Source of the DNA: an uncultured Clostridia bacterium
GTDB taxonomy: Bacteria; Bacillota; Clostridia; Christensenellales; UBA1242
NCBI GenBank assembly: GCA_947626155.1
Contig: CANQRC010000003.1
Span: 1-47,092, forward strand
Reading direction: 5' to 3'
DNA length: 47,092 nt
In this document: in pieces, positions 8,457 through 20,500 of the stretch
Layout of the letters: every line of letters begins with the position of its first letter
Numbering within the stretch: the first letter of the stretch is position 1
Notes under the pieces: generated by a model
What the model saw: the letters and a program-made list of their open reading frames with translations, nothing else
The model's database searches: none
What the model was told of the DNA's origin: nothing
Made by a program: the position numbers and the translations under genes

Positions 8457-10085
8457 ATGAATAACAAAGATTTAGCAGAACTTCTTTTCCCGGGCGGAAT
8501 GACGACGGAAGAGATTGAAAAAAAATATCCTAAAAGAGGACTGAAAAGTGGCGCTGAGGTCACTCGTTTTGCACCAAGCCCAACCGGCTTTATGCACCTG
8601 GGAGGGTTTTATCAGGCGCTTATTGATTACAACATTGCAAAGCGCAGTGGCGGCGTCTTTTATCTTCGAATTGAGGACACCGACCAAAAAAGAGAGATTT
8701 CTGGCGCAAGCGAAGTTATAATGGATGTTTTGACGGGATATGATTTTATGCCTGACGAATATCAACTTAAAGGCGGCGTGACAATTGGAAATTATGGGCC
8801 TTATTATCAGTCTGAAAGAAAGGAAATTTACCGCGCTTACGCAAAAAAACTTGTCTCTGAGGGCAAGGCTTTTCCATGTTTTTGCAAGAAAACTGAAGGG
8901 CTTGAAGATGTAAAAAAGATGAGGGAAAAGAAATTTGCCGTTGGGCTTTTAGAGGAAAAAGACCCTTGCCGAAACCTCACTTTTGAGCAAATTCAAGAGA
9001 ATATCAAAGCGGGCAAAAAGTTTGCAATAAGATTAAAATCAAACGGCGACGGAAAGGAAAAAATCAAATTCACTGACTGCATCAGGGGCGAAATTGAAAT
9101 TTTGGCAAACAGCAAGGATGCAATTTTGCTGAAAAATGACGGCTTGCCAACTTATCACTTTGCCCACGCCATAGACGACACGCTCATGGGCACAACCACT
9201 GTTGTCAGGGGAGAAGAGTGGCTGCCATCTTATCCGCTTCATCATGAGATTTTTGATGCTTTGGGCTTTAAGAGACCAAAATATATTCATTCGCCAGTCA
9301 TTTACAAACTGAACGAAAAAGGAAACAAGAGAAAACTTTCCAAGCGCAAAGACCCAGAGGCGGATATGCGTTTCTATGACCAAGAGGGCTATCCAAAGCA
9401 GGCGGTTGTGGAATATTTGATAAATCTCATAAATTCCAACTTTGAAATTTGGAGAAAGAACAATCCAAATGCCGACTACCGCGAATTTCCTTTTGACGGC
9501 TTTAAAAACACGGCAAACACTCCACTTTTTGACCTTGTAAAACTCAACGACATTGCAAAAGACGTCATTTCAAAACTGACGGCAGAGCAGTGTTATGAAT
9601 ATTTGCTTTACTGGGCAAAGGAAAATTGTCAAGAAAAAGTTGAATTTTTAACAAAAAATCGCGAATATGTCACAAAAATTTTGAATATTGACCGCGAAAA
9701 GCCAAAACCAAGAAAAGATTTGTATAAGTGGAGTATGTTCTTCGACCTGTTTGACTATATGTTTGGCGAGCCAAAAACTTATGAGGAAGTTGACAGCAAG
9801 GATGACTTTGAAATGGTTCTTAGGGCATATCAACACTACCTTGACCTGTCTACAAAAGATGTTTGGTTTGCCAAGGTGAAAGAAATGGCTGCGCAACTTG
9901 GCTACGCGACCGACAACAGCGAATACAAGAAAAATCCAAATGCTTTTAAGGGCAATGTTGCAAAAGTTTGTGAATACATTAGAATTGCCATAACGGGCAG
10001 AAAAAATTCTCCAGATTTGTTTGAGATTATGACGCTGCTTGGCGAAGAAAAAGTTAAGGAAATTCTTAAAAAGTTTACAAAATAA
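8457..10085 (+). CDS. gltX: glutamate--tRNA ligase
   Basis: RFAPSPTGFMHLGG (HIGH-type motif), KLSKRK (KMSKS-type motif) and DGLPTYHFAHAIDD. 542 aa. Confidence 0.9.
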   Translation: MNNKDLAELLFPGGMTTEEIEKKYPKRGLKSGAEVTRFAPSPTGFMHLGGFYQALIDYNIAKRSGGVFYLRIEDTDQKREISGASEVIMDVLTGYDFMPDEYQLKGGVTIGNYGPYYQSERKEIYRAYAKKLVSEGKAFPCFCKKTEGLEDVKKMREKKFAVGLLEEKDPCRNLTFEQIQENIKAGKKFAIRLKSNGDGKEKIKFTDCIRGEIEILANSKDAILLKNDGLPTYHFAHAIDDTLMGTTTVVRGEEWLPSYPLHHEIFDALGFKRPKYIHSPVIYKLNEKGNKRKLSKRKDPEADMRFYDQEGYPKQAVVEYLINLINSNFEIWRKNNPNADYREFPFDGFKNTANTPLFDLVKLNDIAKDVISKLTAEQCYEYLLYWAKENCQEKVEFLTKNREYVTKILNIDREKPKPRKDLYKWSMFFDLFDYMFGEPKTYEEVDSKDDFEMVLRAYQHYLDLSTKDVWFAKVKEMAAQLGYATDNSEYKKNPNAFKGNVAKVCEYIRIAITGRKNSPDLFEIMTLLGEEKVKEILKKFTK

Positions 10086-10145
10086 TCAAAAAAACGCAAA
10101 AAAATCAAAAAAAACAGTGATTTTTAACAAAAATTTGAGGTTTTT

Positions 10146-11204
10146 ATGAAAAAAGATGTCATTTTGACGGGAGATAGGCCAACGGGAAACTTGCATATTG
10201 GACACTACGTTGGCTCAATTTCAAACCGCTTGAAACTTCAAGAGAAGGGTGACTTTGAGAAGTTTTACATCATGATAGCAGACACTCAGGCGCTGACGGA
10301 CAACAGTGATAATGTTGACAAAGTGAAAAATAACATTATTCAAGTGGCGCTTGACTATCTTTCTGCGGGTATTGACCCCAAAAAAGTGAACATTTTCATA
10401 CAATCTCAAGTGCCAGAACTTGCGGAAATTACAATGTATTTTATGAATTTGGTCACCGTTTCAAGGCTGACGCGAAACCCAACTGTTAAGGAAGAGACCA
10501 AACAAAGGGGTTTTTCTTCCTCCATGCCTGTGGGGTTTATGTGTTATCCAATCAGTCAGGCGGCGGACATCTTGGCGTTTGGCACAACTTGCGTGCCTGT
10601 GGGCGAAGACCAACTTCCAATGATTGAACAGACAAGAGAAATTGCAAAATCTTTCAACAGCTCCTACGGCGAAACTTTCATTTTGCCAAAAGCGTTTTTG
10701 CCAGACAGCAAAGTGTGCCAAAGGCTTGTGGGAACTGACGGCGACTTAAAAATGAGCAAGTCTGCAGGAAACTGCATCTATCTTAAAGATGAACCGGATG
10801 TGATAAAAAGCAAAATTATGAGCGCTTACACCGACCCAAATCACATCAAAATTTCTGACCCGGGAAAAGTTGAGGGTAATGTCGTGTTTTCTTATCTTGA
10901 TGCGTTTTGCACTGACGAAAGTTTTAAAGAATTTTTGCCTGAATACAAAAATTTGGAAGAACTCAAAAGCCACTACCGAAAGGGCGGCCTTGGGGATGTT
11001 AAAATTAAGTTGTTTTTAAATAATATTCTTCAAAAACTGCTTGAGCCAATGAGAAAAAGAAGAAAAGAATATGAAAAAGACCTTGACCAAATTTATAAAA
11101 TGCTTTTTGAAAATGGCGTCAAGGCAAGAGAAGTTGCTGCTCAAACACTTGAAAAAATGAAGTCTGCAATGGGAATTGATTATAATAAATTTTTAAAAAA
11201 ATAA
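10146..11204 (+). CDS. trpS: tryptophan--tRNA ligase
   Basis: TGDRPTGNLHIGHYVGS (HIGH), GEDQLPMIEQTREIAKSFN, KMSKSAGN (KMSKS). 352 aa. Confidence 0.9.
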   Translation: MKKDVILTGDRPTGNLHIGHYVGSISNRLKLQEKGDFEKFYIMIADTQALTDNSDNVDKVKNNIIQVALDYLSAGIDPKKVNIFIQSQVPELAEITMYFMNLVTVSRLTRNPTVKEETKQRGFSSSMPVGFMCYPISQAADILAFGTTCVPVGEDQLPMIEQTREIAKSFNSSYGETFILPKAFLPDSKVCQRLVGTDGDLKMSKSAGNCIYLKDEPDVIKSKIMSAYTDPNHIKISDPGKVEGNVVFSYLDAFCTDESFKEFLPEYKNLEELKSHYRKGGLGDVKIKLFLNNILQKLLEPMRKRRKEYEKDLDQIYKMLFENGVKAREVAAQTLEKMKSAMGIDYNKFLKK

Positions 11205-11234
11205 CGCAAAAATTCAAAAAATGCGTTATTTTTT
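11202..11234 (+). terminator. intrinsic terminator after trpS
   Basis: TAACGCA (11202-11208) pairs with TGCGTTA (11222-11228). The loop is 13 nt and TTTTTT follows. Confidence 0.55.
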
Positions 11235-11293
11235 AATTTTTTTGCAATTTTTTGCCCATTTTTTTTGCATTTTTTTATTTTTCTAAATTTTTT
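11229..11293. repeat. helically phased T-tracts (predicted intrinsic DNA bend)
   Basis: T-runs of 5-8 nt lie at 11229-34, 11237-43, 11248-53, 11259-66, 11270-76, 11278-82 and 11288-93. Three of them occur as T(6-8)GC. Centre-to-centre spacing is mostly about 10-12 bp. Confidence 0.5.
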
Positions 11294-11416
11294 GTCTATT
11301 TATTTTAATTTTAAAAAATCTTGAAAATAATTTTTGGTTTGTTTTTTAGGCGTCAAGCGTGTTTTTTTTGATTTTGTGTATATATTAAATAATAAACTCA
11401 AAATTTGTGTTTTTGC

Positions 11417-11446
11417 TTGCTTTTTGAAGACTCAATTTTGTATAAT
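11417..11446 (+). promoter_or_regulatory. candidate promoter for the giant gene
   Basis: TTGCTT (11417-11422), 18 nt, TATAAT (11441-11446) preceded by TG. This leaves a ~48-nt leader to ATG 11495. Several alternative AT-rich hexamers are nearby, so the assignment is tentative. Confidence 0.3.
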
Positions 11447-11494
11447 TAAAATATAAATTTGGGTCGATCTTGCCTGCCAATTTCGAGGGGTGCA

Positions 11495-11587
11495 ATGAAA
11501 AAAAATTTCTTTTTTCTTTTGATTATGATTTTCAGCATTTGCGGAGCGCTTAGTTATTTTGAAACGCCTGCGCAACTCTCTTATGCT
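11495..11587 (+). other. signal peptide of giant protein
   Basis: MKK, then a hydrophobic core FFFLLIMIFSICGAL, then ...LSYA before a polar mature sequence. Confidence 0.6.
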
Positions 11588-14500
11588 GTCAGCACAAATG
11601 TCAGCACTTGGGATCTTAACGGTAAAGATTCCTATGAAGATTTGGGAGGAAGTGATTTTCAGGGGGTGACTGAATCGGAATATTTTGCCACAAGCAATGC
11701 GGCTTACATAAATTCGGCTAGGGGCTTTGCTTACTTTGCTTATCTTGTAAACAACAATAAAGACACAATGAGCACGAAAACCGTTTACCTGAATGTGGAT
11801 GTTGATTTGGGAGATTATGAGTGGAAACCTATCTTCAACTTCCAGGGCGATTTTAACGGGCAAGGGCATTATGTTTACAATTTGAAAATAACAAAAGTTA
11901 CACAATCCAGCGGACAATATTATGCGGGCTTATTTGGAAGTTATTCGGCCAGCAGTAAAAAGAGCATTTCAAATCTGCATTTAAGAAATGCTGATATAAA
12001 CATCCAAAATGGGGTTTCCGGCACTGCTTATGTCGGCGGCATTTTGGGAGGCCTTGGTGTGAACGCATTAAGTTCTTCAAACTCGGCTTCCGTTTCAAAC
12101 TGCTCAGTAAAAGGAAACATTTCGGTAAAATCTTCAAGCGGCAGCGTTGATGTCGGGGGTGTTATAGGTGGCGTTTGGAATAATGACGGCGTCAGCAAAA
12201 TTATGTCTTCCGGCAAGATAACTGTTGATGCGGCAAACATAAATGTTGGCGGTCTTGTGGGCAGTTTTGTTAGCGGTGCGCTTAAAAACAGTTACTCTGA
12301 AGCGGACATAACTCTTAACTCCTCAAATGAAACTTCTGTGAAAAATGTCGGCGGTCTTGTGGGCTATTTAAAAGATAGTGCCTCCAATTCTTCCTCTTGG
12401 TACACAAGGGTTGCAAATGTTTCGGATTCATATTTTAAGGGCGTGGTCAATACTCCTCAGTCCTATGTAAGGGTTGGTGGAATTGTTGGCAGAATGGATG
12501 TTTTGGGCGCCGAGGAGAACAACACAATCTCAAATGTGTTTAATGTGGGGCAAATTACCGCCGGCAATGTCTCAACCAACGCGTCCAAAGCCGGTCTTGT
12601 TGGCTGGGCAACTTGGCAAACTGGAAAGACGGGCTCGGGACTGCTTAAAAATTCGTTCGCAAAAGATTTTTCAACGGAGCAACTTTTTAAAACAAATTCT
12701 TCTTCATCTGGCTCGCAAAGTTTCTCTGGCAAAGGGCTTGTTGGCAGCGAACTTGCAAATTTGGACGAGTTTTCAAAGACAAAAGGCTTTTATGAGAACG
12801 AAAAGTTTTGGGAAACAGAAAATGCTTGGGACTTTGAGAATACTTGGGAAATCCAAAGTGGGCTGAACGAAGGTCTGCCATACCTTCGCGGAGTTTATCA
12901 AATGGGCGCAGCCAACAATGACCAAGACTTGTCACAACAGGCTCAGTTGAGGGGCGCAGGAACGGCGCAAAACCCATATCTTATTGAAACGGCTGGAGAT
13001 TTTGCTTATCTTACAAGCACATCTACAATTTGGAACGGCAATTATTTTTCGCTTCAAAACAACATTGATATGAGCAATAAAACTTGGGTGCCAATTGGAA
13101 ATGAAAACAACCCATTTTCTGGCGTTTTTGACGGAAATGGCTTCACAATAAGCAATTTGACAAGTTCTTATTTAAATGCTTTTTCAAGCATAGGCTTGTT
13201 TGGACAAACGCAAAATGCAGTTATCAAAAATTTGACCATTGAAAACTGTGATTTTTACTCAACGGCAAGCGCAAAAATTGGGGCCTTTGTTGGAACTGCA
13301 GGCAGCGAAACTTATTTGATAAATGTAAAAAATTCCACTTCTTATAACGCTGTTGGCGACGGAAACGTCACAAAAATCAAGGGAAAGTTGAATGCAGAGG
13401 GAAGAGAAAACTTTGACGGCTACGACATTACAATAGACCCTAACGGCGGAACATTTTATAGCCCTAACAAACAGGCTTATAGAGGCGAATATCACATCAT
13501 TTTGAGAGAAGACGGCTCGGTGCTTTCGCAAGAAATAGATACAACTTTTGGACGAAGCATTCCTGACATTTCCACTCAATATGGAAAGGCCGACACAATT
13601 ATAAGAAGAGGCTACAAGAGGCTTGGTTTTTCTGCATCAAAAGAGGACAATGTTGTATCTGACGCCGGCGCAGAAGTGTTGACTGATGCTGAGCAAATAT
13701 TGGCTGCTGCAAAAGAAAATTTGCAACTTTACACAGTTTGGCTTTCTGGTGCTGACGGCGCGCTGCTGACGCAAGAGTTGTATGTTGTTTACAACCAATA
13801 TGAAGTGGCAAACTTTGATGCGGAATTAAACTCAGGTGCATCATACTTAACCAGCAAATTTTATAGCCAAAACAGAGAGTTCAATTTAGACGGCTTTGGC
13901 GCAACCTATGGGCATGGTGAGACAATAGATGGAATAAATGAAGATAACGTCTATGCCAAATTCCAACTTATTTATGACGCCCAAACTGAGGAATATGAAA
14001 ATGTTTTGTGGGGCGAGCCAGAGTATTCTGACGGCACAGTAAAAAAACTTCGAGACGGATTTGTTGTTGCTGGTCTTCACACTGGCTTTGATGGAACTGA
14101 TTTTGAGGACGATGTAATTAGTCCTTCTTTTGGCTTCATAAATGAGCAATTTAGCCCTGTTTTGTATGCAGAATGGAAGGGCCTGCCATCTTCCGGCGGA
14201 AGCGAAGGAAATTATTCTCAAAAACTGAAGATAACTTTCAAAAAATCTATTGACAGCACTCAAAAGTGGACAGGCTTTGACAACTTTACCTGGGAAGAAG
14301 TTTTTGGGATTAGTAAAGAGAAGAATGTTCACTTGGAGGGAATTTCAACAGATGAGCAGGTTCATACGTATTCTCAAAATTCTATAGGCTCTCAGACAGA
14401 AGATTTGGTGGTTGAGTTTACATTTGGCACAAATTACAGCGACAGGGCCAACAACTATCTTCATCTTTACACCGACAACATTCAAGCCGGCTTTAACATG

Positions 14501-17500
14501 GGCAGGGCAAGTTTGAAAAATAGCCCAGAAGACACAAATTTTGGAAAACTTAAAACCACTCTTGACGTGGACGACGAAACGGGACTGCATAATTTTGATA
14601 TAAGCGGCACCAAGATTTACAACCTTGTTGGAGACAATGAACTTGAAATTTATATTGAAAGACAAGAAATCTTTTCTGATGTCACAATCAGCGACAATGT
14701 TCAATTTGCTTTGTCGCCATTTGTTGAGGTTGAGGGCGCGTCTTCCTATGAAATCTCAATAACAAAGGGAGAAGAAAGCAAGGCAATTTCCGCTGAGGAG
14801 CAAATTTTTGGCTATGATTTTAAAAACAATCAAGTTTTGCTTATGTCTAAGGACGGGGCAATTAAAGAGGAAAGTTTAACTGACGAGTTTAAACTTGACA
14901 CGGCGGATGAGAAACTTTTGTTTACCGTGACCTATCATTTGAATGATGCAGATACTCAAAAATTCTACTATGTTTATAAATATGAACAAAAAGGCGATAA
15001 TAACTGGCTAGCGCTGTATTCAGCTGACGAAGACGGAAACGAAAAATTGCTTATAATGGCCTTGAAAGATGTTGAGGCGACAAACAAAGAAATTCAAAGC
15101 CAACTTGTTACATTTTCAAATTCCAAACAAAATTTTGCCCTGATTTATAAGACGGAAGAGGGCTTTAGCGTAAGCACAAGAGAGCCAAACTTCTTGGAGG
15201 CGGTAAAGGTTGAGGGCAAAGAGGGGGATGCCGTTGTAAGAGGATATTTTGGATATAAAGACGTCAATGAGTTTGCTGGCAGAGGCATTGCACTTTTAAC
15301 TTCATATAACTCAATTTTCCTAAACTATAATTTTGAGTATGATGGAAACAGAAATCAGGAGTTGTTTGACACTTTCAAACAAGCCAGCACGCTTGTTTCA
15401 CAAGCAAATTATCAGACAACAACTGACGGCCCTACAAGTGAGCTTAGCATGGCGGCGAATGCTCAAAAATATTTCCGCCTTAACACAAGCGCAAAAGTAA
15501 CCCTTGTTTCTGTTGAGCTTCAAAAGGATGCCCAAGGGCAAACGCCTGCGGCAGTTAATAATGAATACACAATTTCTGAGCCATTTTCATTTAATATTGA
15601 CCTTGACGAGGGCAAAGAAAAACTTGTTGCTGGGCAATACACTGTGACTGTGCACTTTGAAGATGTTACATACAGCGTAAACTATGGCGCAAAATTTGTG
15701 TCGCACTCAAATATGAAAAACTTTGAAAGCCTTGTAGGAAAGGGCGAAAATTATACAACACTCTTGAAAGACTATGACGGAGATTATTTGACAGTAAGTG
15801 AAAATTTGCAAGATGCTCAAGAAAAGTCTTCAAAACTTGAAAACGCCGACGCAGAAGTTAAACTTCTTCAAAAAACGGACCTTCTTTATAACGACGAGAT
15901 TTCGCTTAAACAAAACGAGGAAAATGTTGGCAAAATTGGCGTAAACTACTATGGCTTTTATTTGAGAACCAACACGGGCAGAGAACTCAACAAAAGAGTT
16001 GAGTATTCAAACACGTTGGGCGCTATTTATGACGGCGTTTCAAGAACAACAGGGGAAGATTCTGCTGTTGGAAAATATATTCTGAATGTCATTGTCATCT
16101 TTGAAGTTAGAGAGATGACGCTTGAAGTCAGCAACACTATTATTGTTGAGAATTTTGACAACACGGGTGTTGAAAGCCATGCAACCTTGAACAAAGACTT
16201 AAAAATAGAATTTTCATCTACGCCAAAAAAGTATGAATATAAAAACATTTCGGGCGATGGGCAAAGTACCACCTTAAACTTTGCATTTCCAATAAGTAGC
16301 CAAGGAAATGAAGTGGGCTATGATATTGTTGGAGTAAGAATCTTGCACGGCGGCGAAAAAGTTGACCTTGACGACGGACAATGGGAAAGTGAAAACAGCG
16401 GAACGCCTAATGCGTTTGAAAAAGATTTTAAAGAAACTTTTGACAAACTTCTAGAAAACCAAACTGAAACAACGCAAAATTATTCTTTCCAAATTGTTGT
16501 TAAGCAAAAAGTGGCAGAAATTATTTTGCATTCTGGCGCAGGGGAGACTTATAGGCAAGAAAATTCAAGGGCAGGAAAAGTTACAAATTCAAATGGCGAA
16601 GATGTTACAAACAACGCTTACACCACAACCGCTTACTTTGGCGGCTCAACAGTTTCTTTGACTGATGGAACGGTTATGATTGGCGAAAAAGCAGAGTTTA
16701 TTAGAAATCTCTTTGTGACCAGATATGGCTACACTCCAAATGGCTGGAATATCCATTATGGCGGAGACGGAGAACTTGAAGATTTGTATATTGGCTACTC
16801 ATTTACTTTCAACTTAAGCACCCAACAATATTCAACTTATGAAGATGGCAGTTACAAATTCCATATTTATATGTGCTGGGACGCTTTAGGCTTTAAAATT
16901 TCCTTTGACAGCAACGGCGGAGAGGAAAGAGTGGCGGACCTTAGCATTGATTTCGATGAAAAAATTGACTTTAACTCCCTTAAAACCGTTTCAAGAGCCG
17001 GCTATTCTTTCAAGGGATGGGCGCTTCAAAACAACTTGCTCTTTGAATATAGCGGCACGCAATTTTCGATTGCAAATGCCGTTATTTCTGGCGACAGTGT
17101 AATCATTTCGGACACAAAATACTTTGCAAAAGACGGCGACGAGTGGCTTTACGCTTACAGCGGAAATATTCAACTTTTGGCGCAATGGGAGGCAAACTCT
17201 TATAAGGTGACTGTTGATTTCAACAGAAAAAGCGCTGGCGGCGAGACCAAGACATTTGATATTATTTATGAAAAGCAAGACGAATTTAAAAAGATTCTCA
17301 GCGATGAAGAATTGCTAAATTTAACAAGAAGCAAATTTACTTTTGCTGGCATTTATTATATTTTAAATGACAATCTTGTGCAGCTTTTGGAAAGCAATTT
17401 GCTTGTCAATGGAGAAATGGGGGTTGACATTACATCTCACACGGCGGCAGGAACAAATGTTCTGACCTTGTATGTTGGCTGGACTTTCGACTATGAAAAC

Positions 17501-20500
17501 GGCTACAGTTTGGAGTTGACAGACAAAGATTTTGAGCAGCAGGTCTATGACGGAAGCGCAAAAACAATTGACCTTTCCAAAAAATTTACCGCAGACAACA
17601 TTGCATCAAAGTCTGGGTTCGTAATTCCTGGCAAGGACGGAAAATTTATTGGCGTTGAAGAGGACAACAATGTTTCTCTTTCCTTTGAAGTTGACGGACA
17701 GGCTCGCGACCAATTCACTGTTTCTCAAACAAACGCTGGGCAATATATATTCTACTTGACCTTAGTTTTGACTGATAATTCCAAAAATGTGAGCGGGCAA
17801 GACATTGTTGGACAGGTTGCCATTTCCTTTACTTTCACAATCACGCCTGCGTCTGTTGACGCTCAAACTGATGACGAGCAATATAGATTTGTGTTTGCCA
17901 AGATGATTATTGAGCCATATTATATTAAGTCTGAAATTGACGAATTAGAAAATTTTGAAGCAATTGTTTCTTATCTTTCAGAAAAAGAAAGCGCAAGAGC
18001 GGGCGATGCGGACACGCTTTTGACCACTGCAGAGCCACAAGATGCCTTTAACTATATTATATTTAAGCATTACAACTTGGGGATAACAACCGGGACGCAA
18101 TATGTTGATTACAAAAATTGGACCTATCAAGATTATTTAGATTATAAAGAAGAAAACGGAGAAGAAGTTGAAAATGTCCGCAATTTGCTTACATATTTTG
18201 ACTATTTTACATATGGCTCGCAAGAGAAAAACTTTGAGGCTTCTTTCTCTTCACAGGGGATATTCTCTCTTGGCGAACTCGCAACAAAAGACGAGCTTTC
18301 AATTACTTCCATCAAAATTTACACTGATGTTGCAAGTTTTATGCCAAATCTCAGTTACACTTTGCGCGTGTTTGTGGATGCAAAAGACAAACAGAAGCTA
18401 AACAACTTCTATCTTTCAACTGACGGCGAAGATTATTATTTTGACTTTGGAAATGCAACGCTGCTTAAAGAAGTGTTGGAGGTGAACAATCACTCGGATT
18501 ATGACTTTGCATATTATATGATGACATCCTCAAGCAGAGTTGAGGCTGGATTTGATGCCGACATTGAAAATGAGCAATTGCAAGACAAAATTAAACTTGC
18601 AAAAGATGCGTTAAAGACAAAATATGGAAGAGATTTCTATTTGGTTGATGCCGAAAGATTGATATTTGCATCAGCAAATGTTTTCACGTCAACAACGGGC
18701 TCTGCGGAAAAAGATACAACATATACTTTCAAGCAAGAGGGGGATTTCCTTCATTTTGACAACGTATTAGCATATGCGCTGAAAGATATAGAGGTTGAGC
18801 CAAACTTGTTTGAATTTGAAAACGTTTCAAGCATATTTAACCTCACCATGAACGAAAGTTATGAGTTTAAAATTCTTGGCTTGCAGGATGTTTATCACAT
18901 AGTGCTTCAAGCAAACTATTTCACCCAACAAGACGGCGAGTTTGTAACTAGTGTTCTAGACGCAACAACATTGCAAGAGTTGAAAGTCTCAACAGACTTC
19001 TTGAAAGACTTTTTGTATATTTCTGATGTGAGATACACCTCAAATGAAAGTGTGGGAATGTTAAGTTTGGATGACACAAAATCTTTAAGCGAAAGAAAGA
19101 GAGTTTACGCTGATGAAAGGGTGTTTATTGCGGATATCATGACTATGAACGGCTACCAAATTGACATTTATGTAAGCAGAGCGGTTACTCAAATCACATT
19201 TAACACAAAACAATTTATAAACAACAATGTTGGAATTTTTGCTTGGAAAAACTCCGACATGGTTTCAGAGTCAGAACTCAAAGCGCAGTGGACACTCCCA
19301 ATCAGTTACACTTGGGAGGCAGAAACTGTTGCAGACCAAGAGTTCTCCGCTCAGACAATAAGCCTGTATGCCATCTACACCGACCTTATATATGTTAGTT
19401 ATAACAACATTCCTGGCGAAGATGAAATTCCTGCTGAGCGCAGGTCTCACGCGCTAATCAAACTTGGCGTTTCAACTTACGACGATGTCTATAAGCCAGA
19501 AGTAAGCGGCTTTACACTTGACAGCCTTATTTACAGCGGGGATATCACATTTAAGGGCTTGTTTGCCAACGGCGGAGAAGGGATTTATCATCCAACATTC
19601 TATGACGCAAACAGCCCAGCCTCAATCTTTAAGTGCGTGGACATAACTTGCTATTGGACAATGGATGTTGATATTCTCTACGAGGCGTTTAATGGCGACA
19701 ATTATGTCTACACAACAGATATTTATGACTTTACAGACACTTGGAATGTAAACACTTTGCTTCATATAAGAAATGAAAACAATGTTTTGTTTGATTATTC
19801 CTATAAATGGGTGAAAGTTTTGGACGGCGAGGAAAAAGTTATTTCTCAAACAGAAGAGTTCGCCTTGGAGGGAAAGGGAAGTTATGCAGAAAGTGGGAAA
19901 TACAAACTTTACATCACTTCCAACTTAAAGGAGAAATATTCAAAATATGTTGCCGAAGACGGTGTAAGGGGCGGAAAAACAGATTACACATTCACATTGA
20001 ATTTTGTTAGAAGAAAACTGACGTCAATTACGCCAAGCAACACCACAGCGGATTATAATGGAAGAGAGCAAATTTCTGATTGGAGCATAACCTTTACTTA
20101 CACAAATTCAAGGGGGCGAGAGGCTAGCTACAGCTCAACATATTCGCCAGACTCGGCGTTCCTTATCAAATATGAAGACGCTGAAACGAAGAGCATGAAA
20201 GACGCAGGCGTTTACACTATAAGATACACAATCAGCAGCGACGACTATGATATTTCCGAATTGGACCAAGATTCCTATAATGTGTTTGATGAAAACGGGA
20301 CTTACTATTATCAATTTGAATATACAATAAATGCAATTGTTGTTGAAATTGACACTTTTGAGGTTGAAAAAACCTTTAACACACTTGTTGGGCAGACCGT
20401 CTTCATACAAAATGTAACTGTTTCTCAAACAAATGAAACAATAGCCGTTGAGCTTACAAGAGACGAGAGCCACAAATCAGATGAGCATGTTGGGGAATAT

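Noticed and set aside
10086-10145. Possible T-box or other riboswitch leaders ahead of gltX and trpS.
   Set aside because: The gaps are 10 nt and 60 nt, far shorter than a T-box leader. Only a weak AT-rich hairpin (AAAATCA...TGATTTT) is present.
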